Below are positions 32,639 through 43,408 of a DNA stretch of 64,000 nucleotides, piece after piece. This DNA is from a virus: the IMG/VR virus record IMGVR_UViG_3300034071_001262; one strand, given 5' to 3'. Under the pieces are notes generated by a model. That model searched no databases. It had not been told where the DNA came from and was given only the letters and a program-made list of their open reading frames with translations. The position numbers were made by a program, and so were the translations under genes. Within the stretch, counting starts at the first letter, position 1. Each line of letters starts with the position of its first letter.

Positions 32639-32965
32639 TTATAAATTTTCGAACACTCTAAAAGTTCCAGTATTTGTTTTATGTGATCCATTTGGTGTTA
32701 CTACATAAGCCTGTATAGACCATGTACCAGCAACATTTAGATCTCCATTTACAGTAACATATTGAATTTGACCATCTGTTCCAGTATTGGTGAAATTTGC
32801 ATTTTTGGTATAAGTAGTACCATCTGGTCTTTTAAATGTAAAGGTCAAAGAAGTTGCAGCACTAATATCAGCAATTTCAGTAGTACCAGTTGACGTAGTA
32901 TCGTAAACGGTCACACGAAAAATTGTACCGATATCATTAATATGTGCTTCTTCTACAAATGCCAT
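32639..32965 (-). CDS. BppU-N-like virion protein
   Basis: DIGT.FRVTV...DIS.AT...FKRPDG...DG.IQY....DL..AGTW..Q. Confidence 0.6.
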   Translation of the reverse strand: MAFVEEAHINDIGTIFRVTVYDTTSTGTTEIADISAATSLTFTFKRPDGTTYTKNANFTNTGTDGQIQYVTVNGDLNVAGTWSIQAYVVTPNGSHKTNTGTFRVFENL

Positions 32966-32994
32966 TTTTTTTGCCTCCGTAGAATACTACACAA

Positions 32995-33159
32995 TTATTT
33001 TTCAACTTCTTTATTTGTATTAGCAGTATCTACTAAAGATTTTAATTTCTCATAAAGTTGACCAACTGGAGCTAAATCAGCACCTTTAAAGACACCTCTT
33101 TGTGTTGCCATATCTATTATGGCTAATAGATTAGTAATATCTGTTTGATTCAATTCCAT
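32995..33159 (-). CDS. Small phage protein (54 aa)
   Basis: Hand translation MELNQTDITNLLAIIDMATQRGVFKGADLAPVGQLYEKLK...; RBS AGGAG. Confidence 0.7.
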   Translation of the reverse strand: MELNQTDITNLLAIIDMATQRGVFKGADLAPVGQLYEKLKSLVDTANTNKEVEK

Positions 33160-33173
33160 AATTTTCTCCTAAT

Positions 33174-33506
33174 TTAATCTTCTGAAGGTGTTGGCGATTC
33201 GGCTACAATACCCTTTTCGATACCAACCTTCTGTATATATAATAGTAACGATTGAATGATATTTGCAAGATCATTATCTTCTACGCTTTTTGCAAGGATG
33301 CCCTCAATATTCATCCATATACCATTATTGCCCGGTTCTAACTCTGGAACACCATCAAAAACACCAAATTTGACCATTCTAACAGAGCATGTGGCATCTT
33401 GGGCCGGATGAGGCGCACTAATCATCACATCTTGAATCCACAATTTATCGTAGGTTTTTGCTGGAATTACGCTTGGCTCTACTGGTGCTAATACTGGTAA
33501 ACTCAT
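33174..33506 (-). CDS. Hypothetical protein (fibre-associated)
   Basis: 110-aa ORF after the fibre chaperone. Confidence 0.55.
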   Translation of the reverse strand: MSLPVLAPVEPSVIPAKTYDKLWIQDVMISAPHPAQDATCSVRMVKFGVFDGVPELEPGNNGIWMNIEGILAKSVEDNDLANIIQSLLLYIQKVGIEKGIVAESPTPSED

Positions 33507-33510
33507 AAAA

Positions 33511-34083
33511 TTACTCCTCTATAAAATTTGGTGGAATAGTTACTTCTTTTAAATCATCTGTATTTTCTGCGTTTTCTATTCGCGGGTCTTGTATAATATC
33601 TCTTAGAAATTCTTTTTTCTTAACAATTTTTTGTATAGTTTCTGTTTGTCCTCGCTCTAGCGCTCTAATATACTGAACATCAAGAGTTTCTAGTAGTGGT
33701 TTTCTTTGTTCTCTTAGTTTATTTTTCCAAATATTTTTAGCTATATCTATATTTATAGATATTTTTTTTATCTTAGGTTTTTCGAATTGTATGAGAGCAT
33801 CTCTATAAAAAGTTGTATTATTATTTTTTTCTTCTATTAATTCTTCTAATGTTTTATCTGATCCGTATCCATCTGGATTATTAAAGTCACAACTCCAAGA
33901 TTCAAAAAAATCAAATTCTTTATTAAAAAAACTAATATCATCTAAATTAGTATCTATATAAAAAAATGGAATATTTTTTTCTATTCTATACATTCCAAAA
34001 ATTATAGGATCTATATTTTCTATTGGTACAATAAATTTTTGTGCTATATGATTTTCATATGGATATATAAAAAATTTTGACAT
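33511..34083 (-). CDS. Tail fibre assembly chaperone
   Basis: LREQRKPLLETLDVQYIRALE...KEFLRDI motif; directly after the fibre gene. Confidence 0.65.
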   Translation of the reverse strand: MSKFFIYPYENHIAQKFIVPIENIDPIIFGMYRIEKNIPFFYIDTNLDDISFFNKEFDFFESWSCDFNNPDGYGSDKTLEELIEEKNNNTTFYRDALIQFEKPKIKKISINIDIAKNIWKNKLREQRKPLLETLDVQYIRALERGQTETIQKIVKKKEFLRDIIQDPRIENAENTDDLKEVTIPPNFIEE

Positions 34084-34097
34084 AATAATCTCCTAAT

Positions 34098-37000
34098 TTA
34101 CCATGCTAATATTAAATCTATTATATTGCCATTAATAGGACTTCCTGCTGAATTTATGGCATAACAGTAAAATCCCCATGTATATTTTTGTGTTCCATCT
34201 ATATATACTGTTCTAAAACCAGTTGATGCCACAGCGTATTGAGCGTGTGGCGCATCTTGATCTATATAAATTATATATTGTCCAGTACCTATACGATCCA
34301 CTGTTACAATATTATAACTATTTGCTGGATTATTAATTGGGTCTGTTGCTGAATCACCAGCAAAAGATACATAGGCTTTAACAGAAACTCCGGGTGTAGT
34401 TTTGCCTACATCTGCGGAAAGTCTTGTAGCACTTGCACAACTACCAGTAATGCTGATTCCCCATGTTCCACTAGCATTGCCTCCTGTAAGAGTAGGAGCA
34501 TAACTATTATAGTTACTGCTATCAAGTACAGTGGCTATTGTACCACCACCGTAGGTTTGTTTACTAATGTAGAATGCTCCACCGGCCCAATACCACTGCC
34601 AACCAACTCCATTAATATGGATGCCTGTATTATTAGAATTAATCATTAAACTAGCATTATATGGACTTCCAGAATATGAATCAAATTCTAAACCAGCCCA
34701 GCCATTTCTTGTTCCTGCTATTCTCCAAGGCCCATAACTAGCATTATTAGGATAAAAATGCGCCCCATTTAATGCAGAATACAATCCACTATAATTCGTA
34801 AATTCTATCCATTCTCTACTATAATTTCTACCAGTTGTATCCCAACCAATAGCATTTACTCTATTGAGATTAGAAGTACTATCTGGATCTAAATAATATC
34901 CCGTATTATTACTATCATAAAATATTGGCGCTCTAACACTAGCATTAGATTGTACAATACTAGCTGTTGTTGTTCCTCTTCCTGTAACGGTTCCTAAAGT
35001 TTCTCCACCTGCTGTTCCAGAACAGTTTCCACTCAATGTAGCAGTAATTGTTCCGGCGCTAAAATTACCAGAAGCATCACGCGCCACAATTGTTGAACCG
35101 GTATTTGCGCTCGTAGCATTAGAAGTTACTGTAAAAGTAGTATTTCCACTTTGATTAGCGGTAAAAGAAGCTGATCCACTCAAACCGGTTCCAGAAACAT
35201 TCAAAGTGAGTGTTCCATTACCAACATCTGTAATTCCATAACCAGATATTGTTGTAGGATTAGTTCCACCAGTAATTCTACCCTTCGCATCTACTGTAAC
35301 ACTTCTATATGTTCCAGCAACTACCGTAGTATTGGTTAGTGTAGGATTAGGATATGTTCCAGTTAAATCACCGCCAGCAGCTCCTGTTGGAGCGCGAGAA
35401 TCACTTAGTCTACTATCATTTCCTTGACAAAAAGTATTGGCAGTAGTGCCGAATGAACCAACAGTAATAGCGCCCCCTGTGGTTGTTATCAAAGGCAAAT
35501 TAGCCGTAGAACCTATGGCTCCAGCATTTGTTATATTACCGTGAACATGACTAGAAGAACTTTTACCATCAATCTGAGTTTGGATTGCACTTGTTACGCC
35601 TTTTACATAAGTTAATTCTGTAAGACTAGGATAAGTTGCTGTACTTAAAGATATAATATTTTTATTACTATCAAAACTTGCTATGGTACTAGCCGTTTGA
35701 CCACTTAGATTCAATGCAGCAGTAAATAGTCCATTGCCAACAACATGCAATTTGGCAGATGGAGTACTGGTTCCTATTCCAACATTCCCAGCAGAGGTTA
35801 TTCTAGCCACTTCCGTTAAAGAACCGCCAGTACCAGTTGGTGTTGTTCTAATCTGTATATCTGTTCCGTGATTTGTAGATGACCAGTTTTCTGCTGCTCT
35901 AAAATTAATTGTGCTTCCAGCAAAATTTAATGAACCGTCATATCCATAAGCCCCTATGCCAGCAATAGAATTACCGCTAGATGGCGTTGATGTTATTCCT
36001 ATGGCGATACCGGGAGTGGCTGATCTAGAAACTTGCAATCCATCTGATGAACTAAATGATGTTGACCCAACTAATAAAATACCACTAGTGTTATTAAAAG
36101 ATAGATCACTTTCAGCATTAATACCAGTAGTTGTTCCATCGCTAGTTAATAATCTATTATCACCATAATTTGAAATAACGGTTCCACCACTAACGCCGGT
36201 ATGTGCTATTGTTAAAGTATTAGCATTATCATCATAACTAATATTAATACCACTAGTTCCAACTAATAAATTGTTTACTCTGTCATCAACAGCTTCATTC
36301 CAATTAGTAATATCGGTATTTAAATGAGTATGACCAGATAAACTTACTCCAGTATTGTTAACGCTTAATGATGTAAAGTTACCACTAGTAGCAGATAATA
36401 GTCCATTATTAATGGTTAATCCATTTGTAAATGTATGATTAGCACTAATAGTTCTGGCTTCATTTATATGAACATATTGAGCATGATCATCGTCACCCAA
36501 GCCGAATAAATTACCGTGATCATTTTGTGGTACACCATAAGTAGTTGTAAGAACGCTTCGTCTTAAGTCTAATATGCTTTGTAAACTACTTTTTGGAGTA
36601 TTGGTAAAAGTATTATTTGTTAAGAAAATTAATCTGTATAATGGTCGTAGCTCATTTGTTGGAATATTTGTTAAATCAATGTCGGTCCAGTTATTATGAT
36701 TTTCCGCACTACCCAAGCTGCTATCTTCTCTTTGTCCCATAATTGACAATATAGGATCATTAATATCATTTGTGGCAACAAGCCACATTGCAAAATATCT
36801 ATTATTTGGAACATTAATAACTGACCAAGTTCCACCAGAATATAAATTATATAATGCCCTTGTAGCATCGTATTTAACTGGATATGGTGTTGAAGAATCT
36901 CTTACCCACTGACCAGTAACACCACTATGATAATATACTGGAAAGTATCCAGTTGGATATAATTGTTGGGTAAATTCAACACCGTTGTCGCCGTCCATTA

Positions 37001-38024
37001 TATTAATAACTATATCTTCTTGGTATAGAGTACCATCGCTAACACTTATTTGCGCATGACTATTTGAACTACCATTGCCTAATAAAACATAATTACCAAT
37101 ACTGAGGCCGTTGATATATTGCATACCAAAAGTATTGTGAATCCACTTATGAGTGGAACTATCCATTCTTATACCATGACGTTCTTCTCCAAAAAACGTA
37201 CTTTGGTTAATATTAGCATTCCAATGAATATAGGCAATTGGTACATCTGTATCAAAATTAAATTCTGTAGTTTTATTGTGTAGTTGCTTAGTTGCTACAT
37301 CAAAATGTAAATAATTTAATGCTGTACCACTACCAATGACAACTGTCTCAGGTGCTGTCTTAGTAAATTTTACTCCCTCGATATAAACATCATAACTAGA
37401 ACCACTTGGTTGAATGGTAAAAGTTCTAGTAGAGTCATTAAAACTTAAAATACTATCAAGTCTATTAACAAATCCTTGAGGCTCAAGACTTAATTCGTTA
37501 ATCTCAGTATGAAGATTATTTATTATCAAAGCATTTCCGCTATCATTATATGATAATTGAACGCCGGTTCCTTCTATTAATAAATTATTAACTCTATCAT
37601 CTACGGCTTCAGAAAAATCAATAATATCAGAAGACATATGCATATGACCACTAAAACTTACGCTGACGCCACTAATATTTAAATTATCAAAATTACCATT
37701 TTCAATATAGCAATTTCTAAACTTTAAATTAGAAGCACCTATATCATAGACTCCACTCATTAGTGGCAAGAAATGACCATCGGAAGATATTTTTAATACA
37801 CCAGTAGCGGGATATGGATCAGCTGATGATACGCCAAAAACTAATCCAGCTGGATTTGAGCCACTACTAAATGGACCCTCTGCTTCAGAGTTAATAAATG
37901 AAGAAATATAAGTTGCTGAATATCCATCAGATTCTGCTGGAACAGCAAAATTTACTCTTCCTATAATATCTCCACTAGTAATTATACTATCACCAGCAGC
38001 ATTTTGTAATGTTAAGCTATACAT
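34098..38024 (-). CDS. Tail fibre protein
   Basis: 1308 aa, G/S/T-rich; GNVGIGTSTP, HxH motifs, VTVDAKGRIT, IVARDASGNFSAG, RAPIFYDSNNTGYY. Confidence 0.8.
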   Translation of the reverse strand: MYSLTLQNAAGDSIITSGDIIGRVNFAVPAESDGYSATYISSFINSEAEGPFSSGSNPAGLVFGVSSADPYPATGVLKISSDGHFLPLMSGVYDIGASNLKFRNCYIENGNFDNLNISGVSVSFSGHMHMSSDIIDFSEAVDDRVNNLLIEGTGVQLSYNDSGNALIINNLHTEINELSLEPQGFVNRLDSILSFNDSTRTFTIQPSGSSYDVYIEGVKFTKTAPETVVIGSGTALNYLHFDVATKQLHNKTTEFNFDTDVPIAYIHWNANINQSTFFGEERHGIRMDSSTHKWIHNTFGMQYINGLSIGNYVLLGNGSSNSHAQISVSDGTLYQEDIVINIMDGDNGVEFTQQLYPTGYFPVYYHSGVTGQWVRDSSTPYPVKYDATRALYNLYSGGTWSVINVPNNRYFAMWLVATNDINDPILSIMGQREDSSLGSAENHNNWTDIDLTNIPTNELRPLYRLIFLTNNTFTNTPKSSLQSILDLRRSVLTTTYGVPQNDHGNLFGLGDDDHAQYVHINEARTISANHTFTNGLTINNGLLSATSGNFTSLSVNNTGVSLSGHTHLNTDITNWNEAVDDRVNNLLVGTSGINISYDDNANTLTIAHTGVSGGTVISNYGDNRLLTSDGTTTGINAESDLSFNNTSGILLVGSTSFSSSDGLQVSRSATPGIAIGITSTPSSGNSIAGIGAYGYDGSLNFAGSTINFRAAENWSSTNHGTDIQIRTTPTGTGGSLTEVARITSAGNVGIGTSTPSAKLHVVGNGLFTAALNLSGQTASTIASFDSNKNIISLSTATYPSLTELTYVKGVTSAIQTQIDGKSSSSHVHGNITNAGAIGSTANLPLITTTGGAITVGSFGTTANTFCQGNDSRLSDSRAPTGAAGGDLTGTYPNPTLTNTTVVAGTYRSVTVDAKGRITGGTNPTTISGYGITDVGNGTLTLNVSGTGLSGSASFTANQSGNTTFTVTSNATSANTGSTIVARDASGNFSAGTITATLSGNCSGTAGGETLGTVTGRGTTTASIVQSNASVRAPIFYDSNNTGYYLDPDSTSNLNRVNAIGWDTTGRNYSREWIEFTNYSGLYSALNGAHFYPNNASYGPWRIAGTRNGWAGLEFDSYSGSPYNASLMINSNNTGIHINGVGWQWYWAGGAFYISKQTYGGGTIATVLDSSNYNSYAPTLTGGNASGTWGISITGSCASATRLSADVGKTTPGVSVKAYVSFAGDSATDPINNPANSYNIVTVDRIGTGQYIIYIDQDAPHAQYAVASTGFRTVYIDGTQKYTWGFYCYAINSAGSPINGNIIDLILAW

Positions 38025-38025
38025 G

Positions 38026-39165
38026 TTATATTATATACCAGTTGGCTCCGTTACTTACGACTGTTAATGTTTCATATATATGATATAGTCTAAATTCTGT
38101 AGATCCATCAATTGTATCAGATCCAGTTCTTGAAATGATAACATTATTAGCAGAACTATCGATTCTTTTTACTACTACAATTTTACCAGCTGTATCATTT
38201 TCTGGTAAAGATAGTGTTAAATTACCAGAAGTGCAGTCAGCCAAAGTAATATCTTTATCTATAGTTTTGCTTGATGTTACTGTTTCAACTGTTCTACTTC
38301 GTTTAGATTCGGTAATGCTATTATTTTTTACAACGCCACTTACAAAATTAGTTGCAGCAACAGTGAAATCTATTGTATCGCTATCTATAAAATAGATACC
38401 TTCACCATTATCGATTTGTTGAGATGTGGTGCCATCGGTAATAGTGAAATTACTCATAGCCAAATTAGCAAAATTAGATTTACTTATCTTTCTGAGCGAT
38501 GTTCCACTAGCAACTAAGAAATAGTGATCGTCATATGCTACAGTTGCTTCAGTTTGATCTGTAATAGCATCTGCTGTTAATGCGACAGATATGTTGAGAT
38601 CCGAAGAACCATCAAACATACCAGATCCAGAAATCTGATTTGAAACTTGTATATATCTACCATTAGTTAATGATGCGGCACTCCCATCTATATCTGCTAC
38701 AATTATACCCTTTGTGCCAGATACAATCTCATTAACAATCGATGCCCCAGTTACGAAAATGAATTTACTAATACTATCATCGTAACCAAAAAATCCCTTT
38801 TTGGCAGTTCCATCATAATAATTAAAAGATATACCACGATCTTTATTGTCATCAGTAGATGGTGAACCACTACCTAACAATATAATAGGATCTTCAACAA
38901 GAACAGTAGTGGAATTTACCGTAGTTGTTGTGCCATTGACAGTTAAATTTCCATATATACTAACATCACCGTCTGAAGCAATAGTAATAGCATTGGGGGT
39001 TCCATTACTGCCCAATGTACCATTATTTTGTAATTTAATATTTGATGCTGACAAATAACCGCCACCAATGGTAAAACTGGAATCTGATTCATATAAAGAA
39101 TCTGATGACGGCGTTCCAAAATAAACTATGCCGCTTGGTATTCTAGAATAAGGCTGAAATGACAT
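38026..39165 (-). CDS. Fibre-like virion protein
   Basis: GNLTVNGTTTTVNST...DPIILL; C-terminal DTIDG...SNGANWYII. Confidence 0.65.
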   Translation of the reverse strand: MSFQPYSRIPSGIVYFGTPSSDSLYESDSSFTIGGGYLSASNIKLQNNGTLGSNGTPNAITIASDGDVSIYGNLTVNGTTTTVNSTTVLVEDPIILLGSGSPSTDDNKDRGISFNYYDGTAKKGFFGYDDSISKFIFVTGASIVNEIVSGTKGIIVADIDGSAASLTNGRYIQVSNQISGSGMFDGSSDLNISVALTADAITDQTEATVAYDDHYFLVASGTSLRKISKSNFANLAMSNFTITDGTTSQQIDNGEGIYFIDSDTIDFTVAATNFVSGVVKNNSITESKRSRTVETVTSSKTIDKDITLADCTSGNLTLSLPENDTAGKIVVVKRIDSSANNVIISRTGSDTIDGSTEFRLYHIYETLTVVSNGANWYII

Positions 39166-39185
39166 AATGCTTCCTTTATATGATA

Positions 39186-39905
39186 TTAAGTGATAAACCA
39201 GTTATTATTATTAGAAGTAATATTTATACTTTCATATGCGTGAAATACTGTATATGGATTCTGACCATCTACAGTTTCCATACCAGTGGCCCTAATATAT
39301 AAGTCATTATTGCCAGTAATTTTTTTGATAGTAAAACCTTTGCCACCTAATCCAGATGCTGTAGGTATATACACATTTATATTTGATGATGAACAATCAA
39401 CAAAAATTTTGTTATTAGATTTAGACACAGTATAGTCAGAATTTATATTAACATAATTATTATTGATTTCTCCAGAACTATAAATGGCAATTCCAGATAT
39501 ATATGATATATCTTGAGTAACAGACGATGACAAAGCCGAAGTCTGTATAGATCCATCATTGAATCTAATACCAGACGGCCCAATTAATGTTTGATCTTCT
39601 TGATTTTTATATACAGCTTTATCTGCTGGATATGTTAAAAATACTACGCCACTACCACCAAGATTAATTTTTGATCCAGACTGAGTGCTTTGTAGTATAT
39701 AATCTCTAGATATGCTATTGTTTTGATAAGTGCCAATACCAATCTCAAATTTATCATTTTCTTCTATACAATAATAGGTTATATCTCCGCTAGCCAATAC
39801 ATTATCAAACCTTCTAAATCCATCTGTATTACCGACTAATGATAAAATACCAGAACCAACAGTAGTAGTATTTTCTCTTACTCTATCTGATAATTTTAAT
39901 GGCAT
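39186..39905 (-). CDS. Virion structural protein
   Basis: DRVRE.TTT.G.G...EIGIGTY...VFLTYPA; C-terminal domain like that of 38026-39165. Confidence 0.6.
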   Translation of the reverse strand: MPLKLSDRVRENTTTVGSGILSLVGNTDGFRRFDNVLASGDITYYCIEENDKFEIGIGTYQNNSISRDYILQSTQSGSKINLGGSGVVFLTYPADKAVYKNQEDQTLIGPSGIRFNDGSIQTSALSSSVTQDISYISGIAIYSSGEINNNYVNINSDYTVSKSNNKIFVDCSSSNINVYIPTASGLGGKGFTIKKITGNNDLYIRATGMETVDGQNPYTVFHAYESINITSNNNNWFIT

Positions 39906-39907
39906 AG

Positions 39908-40252
39908 TTATCTTCTCTGTGAAAAATCTATTAACTTATTAATCTGCAATGTAAAATTAATTTGTTTATTTATATTTGATTTACTTAATGTGAAGGATAA
40001 AATTTTATTCACATTTAAATTCTTGTATATTGTAGCATTCATAGCAACTATAAATTCGTGTAGGATATTTCTACTTAATGAGAGCGAGTTTACTAAATTC
40101 ATACTCAAAGAAAAATTCTGTATTCTATTGAAATAAAGTGGAAATGTTAATGTAGCTTTATTTAAAAATAGTTTTACAGAACCAAAAAATGTTCTTGGTT
40201 TTTTCCCATCATCAGATATTGGCAAGCTTGACATAGAGTTTGCGCTGAACAT
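39908..40252 (-). CDS. Hypothetical virion protein
   Basis: Start moved to ATG 40252 (GGAGG RBS); MFSANSMSSLPISD. Confidence 0.55.
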   Translation of the reverse strand: MFSANSMSSLPISDDGKKPRTFFGSVKLFLNKATLTFPLYFNRIQNFSLSMNLVNSLSLSRNILHEFIVAMNATIYKNLNVNKILSFTLSKSNINKQINFTLQINKLIDFSQRR

Positions 40253-40281
40253 GTTGTCCTCCAATATCTCATACACATAAA

Positions 40282-40325
40282 TAAGAGAAGGCTACCCCGA
40301 ATAACGAGGTAGCCTTATTCTCTTT
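40282..40325 (-). terminator. Terminator after major capsid gene
   Basis: Stem aaggctacc/ggtagcctt with outer aagag/ctctt. Confidence 0.65.
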
Positions 40326-40340
40326 AGATGTTATAAGACA

Positions 40341-41339
40341 TCAGAACGAGCCAGCGAGAACTCGTCTGTTATCTAGCACACCAAAACCAATTTCAGCCCA
40401 GCCATAGTAACCCTGACGCTGATGACGATGAAGACTTTCATCTTCATAGACTTCAACTTCTTTCTTAACAGGCATTACAAAGCTATCGTTTTGATTCTGA
40501 TCAAGACCAATCACAAGTTCAACGTCGCTGGACTCAAGTGAGCCACCGAGATCGCTTGTGAAATATGTTTGATATTCTTGACCATCACCAAACTCAAACA
40601 CATCGTGTAGATTTACACCGAAGATGCGTGTTATAGCTGGGCCATTGTCGGCGGCTACATAAATTTCTCTACGAGAAACTTCATCTAGCTGATCAACACC
40701 CCAGTTACGAATATCTTCGACAGCTTCTGGAGAGCAGTATAGATCTGTAAGACGGCCGGGAGCAGTAACACTGTTACCACCACCATTCCTTCTCATAACT
40801 GTCTTCATTAAGCTGACAAGACGCTTTGTAAATTGACCACCAGCTGCATCATTGTCGAACACTAAAATATTACGGTCAACAGCAGCAGCGAGTAGTGTGT
40901 GCCAACCGTCATCATTGATCTTCTTAACAAATGATGCTTCTAGAACCTGCATAGCGCGAGCTACTACGTTCCAGTTAGCTTCACGGGCATACTTTAAAAG
41001 AAAGTCGATTGAGCTACTAATGCCATAAGTATTTACCATGACATAATCACCTTCGACATGTCTTTCTGGAATTCTACCATTGCCGGGATTGGTATAGGCA
41101 ACATGATCTGCCTCAGTACCGGGGGCAAGTAGATCCAATGGGAACTCAGGTGTAGCACCCGGCTCTAGTGGCATAGCTTCGAAAATCGAAGTTACAACAT
41201 CACCAAATAAAACACCCTTACGAATTGGTGTTTCAAGGGCTTTGGCGATTTCCCTTTGAGCGGCCATTGCGACTACCTTATCAGAGCTTCCCGAACGCTT
41301 TAGCAATTCGATAAACTCAGGTGTTGGTCTTGTTTTCAT
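40341..41339 (-). CDS. Major capsid protein
   Basis: 332 aa; follows portal-protease-decoration genes; strongly biased codons, own terminator, C-terminal GYYGWAEIGFGVLD. Confidence 0.85.
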   Translation of the reverse strand: MKTRPTPEFIELLKRSGSSDKVVAMAAQREIAKALETPIRKGVLFGDVVTSIFEAMPLEPGATPEFPLDLLAPGTEADHVAYTNPGNGRIPERHVEGDYVMVNTYGISSSIDFLLKYAREANWNVVARAMQVLEASFVKKINDDGWHTLLAAAVDRNILVFDNDAAGGQFTKRLVSLMKTVMRRNGGGNSVTAPGRLTDLYCSPEAVEDIRNWGVDQLDEVSRREIYVAADNGPAITRIFGVNLHDVFEFGDGQEYQTYFTSDLGGSLESSDVELVIGLDQNQNDSFVMPVKKEVEVYEDESLHRHQRQGYYGWAEIGFGVLDNRRVLAGSF

Positions 41340-41364
41340 CTTTTACATCTCCTTTTTAATTAAC

Positions 41365-41853
41365 TCAGGTATTTGTATTTGGAAGGTCGATATAGACTTT
41401 AGCATAGCCATCTTCATCAGCGGCTGATAGAAAACGACCAACAAGTCTTGTTGAACCGTCTGCATCAGTATTATCTGTCGAAACATTTGTAGTAGCAAGT
41501 CTACCACTATGGGCAAGATAAGCAGGAGCGCCTGCTGTTACTGTACCCAATAGATTGTTTGTAACAACATAACCCTTTTGGAGTAGTGTTACCTTGCCAC
41601 CCTTTTGTACCTCGTCCTTATGCTGGTTAAGATGCTGTCTTGTTAGATCAATATCTACCATGTCATTTATAAGAAGACCAACAGGAATTTTACCCGATGG
41701 ATTAGCTGCGTATGTTACTAGAGCAGCACCGTTATCCATAGCGGCACCAGATGCGCCAGTGCTAAGAGAAACAACGCCACCGCGAGTAGCAGATTCGTTC
41801 ATGAAAAACGAAATATCTGTCTGCAAGACACTTCTATCAGTTTTTAGAGCCAT
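41365..41853 (-). CDS. Head decoration/cement protein
   Basis: 162 aa between protease and capsid; AG..AYL...G.L...VGRFLSA.D.DG motif. Confidence 0.65.
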   Translation of the reverse strand: MALKTDRSVLQTDISFFMNESATRGGVVSLSTGASGAAMDNGAALVTYAANPSGKIPVGLLINDMVDIDLTRQHLNQHKDEVQKGGKVTLLQKGYVVTNNLLGTVTAGAPAYLAHSGRLATTNVSTDNTDADGSTRLVGRFLSAADEDGYAKVYIDLPNTNT

Positions 41854-41881
41854 TATTCATTCTCCTTAGTAAAAGTAATTC

Positions 41882-43357
41882 TCAGTTGTCTTTGGTTTTT
41901 GGTGTCGATCTTAAAATAGAACCAAGCCACTCGCTTGCAACGGCGCGAAGTGATTCAGATTCATTTTCTTCAGCAGCTTCAGCAATAGAAACTTCTACTG
42001 ATTCTTCTACTGAATCTAGATCTTTTTCTGAAGCCTGAGAAGCATCAACTTCTTCGTCTTCTGATTGAGCCATAGTTGTATCCTTCTTATCTTTCTTGAC
42101 TGACTTTTCTTCAGTCATATACTTTGCCTTCTTCTTCATTAAAGCTACAACCTTGGCAAAAGTTTCATCATCTGAATTTTCAAAATCAGAAACTGTCGCT
42201 GAAGCTTCTTCTGCATCAAGACCAACTTCCTCTAGTTCAGCCTTACGCTTCATCATTGCCTCTTTCTTTTTCATAACAGCCATTTCTTCTTTCATTTCTT
42301 TCATCTTTTTTTCCATAGCTGTCATTTCTTCTTCTTTTTTCTTCATATCTGTAGAATAATGCTCTTTAGCTTCTGTGAGTATATTAACTTCCTCGACTTT
42401 TGAAGCTAAAGAAGATTGTAATTCTTTGATTGTTTCTTCGTATTCTGTGGTCTTGCTTGTTGTTAATTCAGCCTTTAGAGCTTCATTAGCAGACTTGACC
42501 TCGGCTAATTCCTTTTGCAAATCAATAATTTGCTGGGTCATATTATCGGGCATTTCATTCTCCTTGATTACGTGTATTTCTAAGGCACAAGCCTTGGATT
42601 CATCGAAAAATTGATTTCCTTCCAATATTATGCTACGAGGATTAGCTGGCTTTGAAACTAAGCCTTTACCAGAGAACGATAAGTTTCTTAAAAGCCTGCC
42701 AACTTGGTAGTTTTGATATGTTCCAGTTCCTCCATAAGCTTTAAGGTGTTTTGTTAAAAATGCTGAACTTTCATTTCGTGGTATAACGCTTGCTTTTCGA
42801 TTGCTATCTATAACAGCATAGTCAAAAGCTGGAAATAAACATTCCATAGATACAAACCATTTGCCTTCTTCTATTTCGGCAACGATTTTATCCATGCGTT
42901 CTTTTTGCTCTGCGTCTGTCCACGATGTATAAATTACAGAAGTTGTAAGAATATTAAACTGACTTGGAACTTGAACATTGTTTTCATTTATTGGATTGCC
43001 TTCAAAATCAACTACAGCATTTCCAGTAATATGACCAATAATATCCTTTTCATTATGCATAAAATTAAATGGCTTGTCTTCTGGTGTATTTCTAGCATTC
43101 CACAGTTCTTGTGGATCGAATACATCATCATTTTTATTCCAGCCAGTACTTACCAGAATTGATTTTAAATAGAAAAGATCTATTTGATCTTTATTACCGG
43201 CTTCTAAGGCTTGTGTTGAGTTAAGCTTATCTATAGTATCTGTTTTTTGTTGTGCGTTTGGTGTATACTTTTCTGCCAATGAACAATATGCAATTGTATT
43301 ACTCGATGATAGAGCTTGCTCTAAACCATCTAATATTTCTTGTTTATATATTTTCAT
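41882..43357 (-). CDS. Prohead protease fused to scaffold
   Basis: N-terminal H....IIG / VSME / F.G.GLV.KPA; acidic coiled-coil C-terminus. Confidence 0.8.
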   Translation of the reverse strand: MKIYKQEILDGLEQALSSSNTIAYCSLAEKYTPNAQQKTDTIDKLNSTQALEAGNKDQIDLFYLKSILVSTGWNKNDDVFDPQELWNARNTPEDKPFNFMHNEKDIIGHITGNAVVDFEGNPINENNVQVPSQFNILTTSVIYTSWTDAEQKERMDKIVAEIEEGKWFVSMECLFPAFDYAVIDSNRKASVIPRNESSAFLTKHLKAYGGTGTYQNYQVGRLLRNLSFSGKGLVSKPANPRSIILEGNQFFDESKACALEIHVIKENEMPDNMTQQIIDLQKELAEVKSANEALKAELTTSKTTEYEETIKELQSSLASKVEEVNILTEAKEHYSTDMKKKEEEMTAMEKKMKEMKEEMAVMKKKEAMMKRKAELEEVGLDAEEASATVSDFENSDDETFAKVVALMKKKAKYMTEEKSVKKDKKDTTMAQSEDEEVDASQASEKDLDSVEESVEVSIAEAAEENESESLRAVASEWLGSILRSTPKTKDN

Positions 43358-43382
43358 TCAGTAAGTACCTCCAAAAAAATAC

Positions 43383-43389
43383 TACACAA
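43383..43389 (-). promoter_or_regulatory. Candidate late-promoter motif TTGTGTA
   Basis: Intergenic, upstream of the protease RBS. Confidence 0.55.
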
Positions 43390-43408
43390 AAAAAACCATT
43401 AGTGGAGT

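Noticed and set aside
34098-38024. DGR or invertase-driven fibre variation
   Set aside because: No reverse transcriptase, template/variable repeat pair, invertase or inverted fibre cassettes in the window
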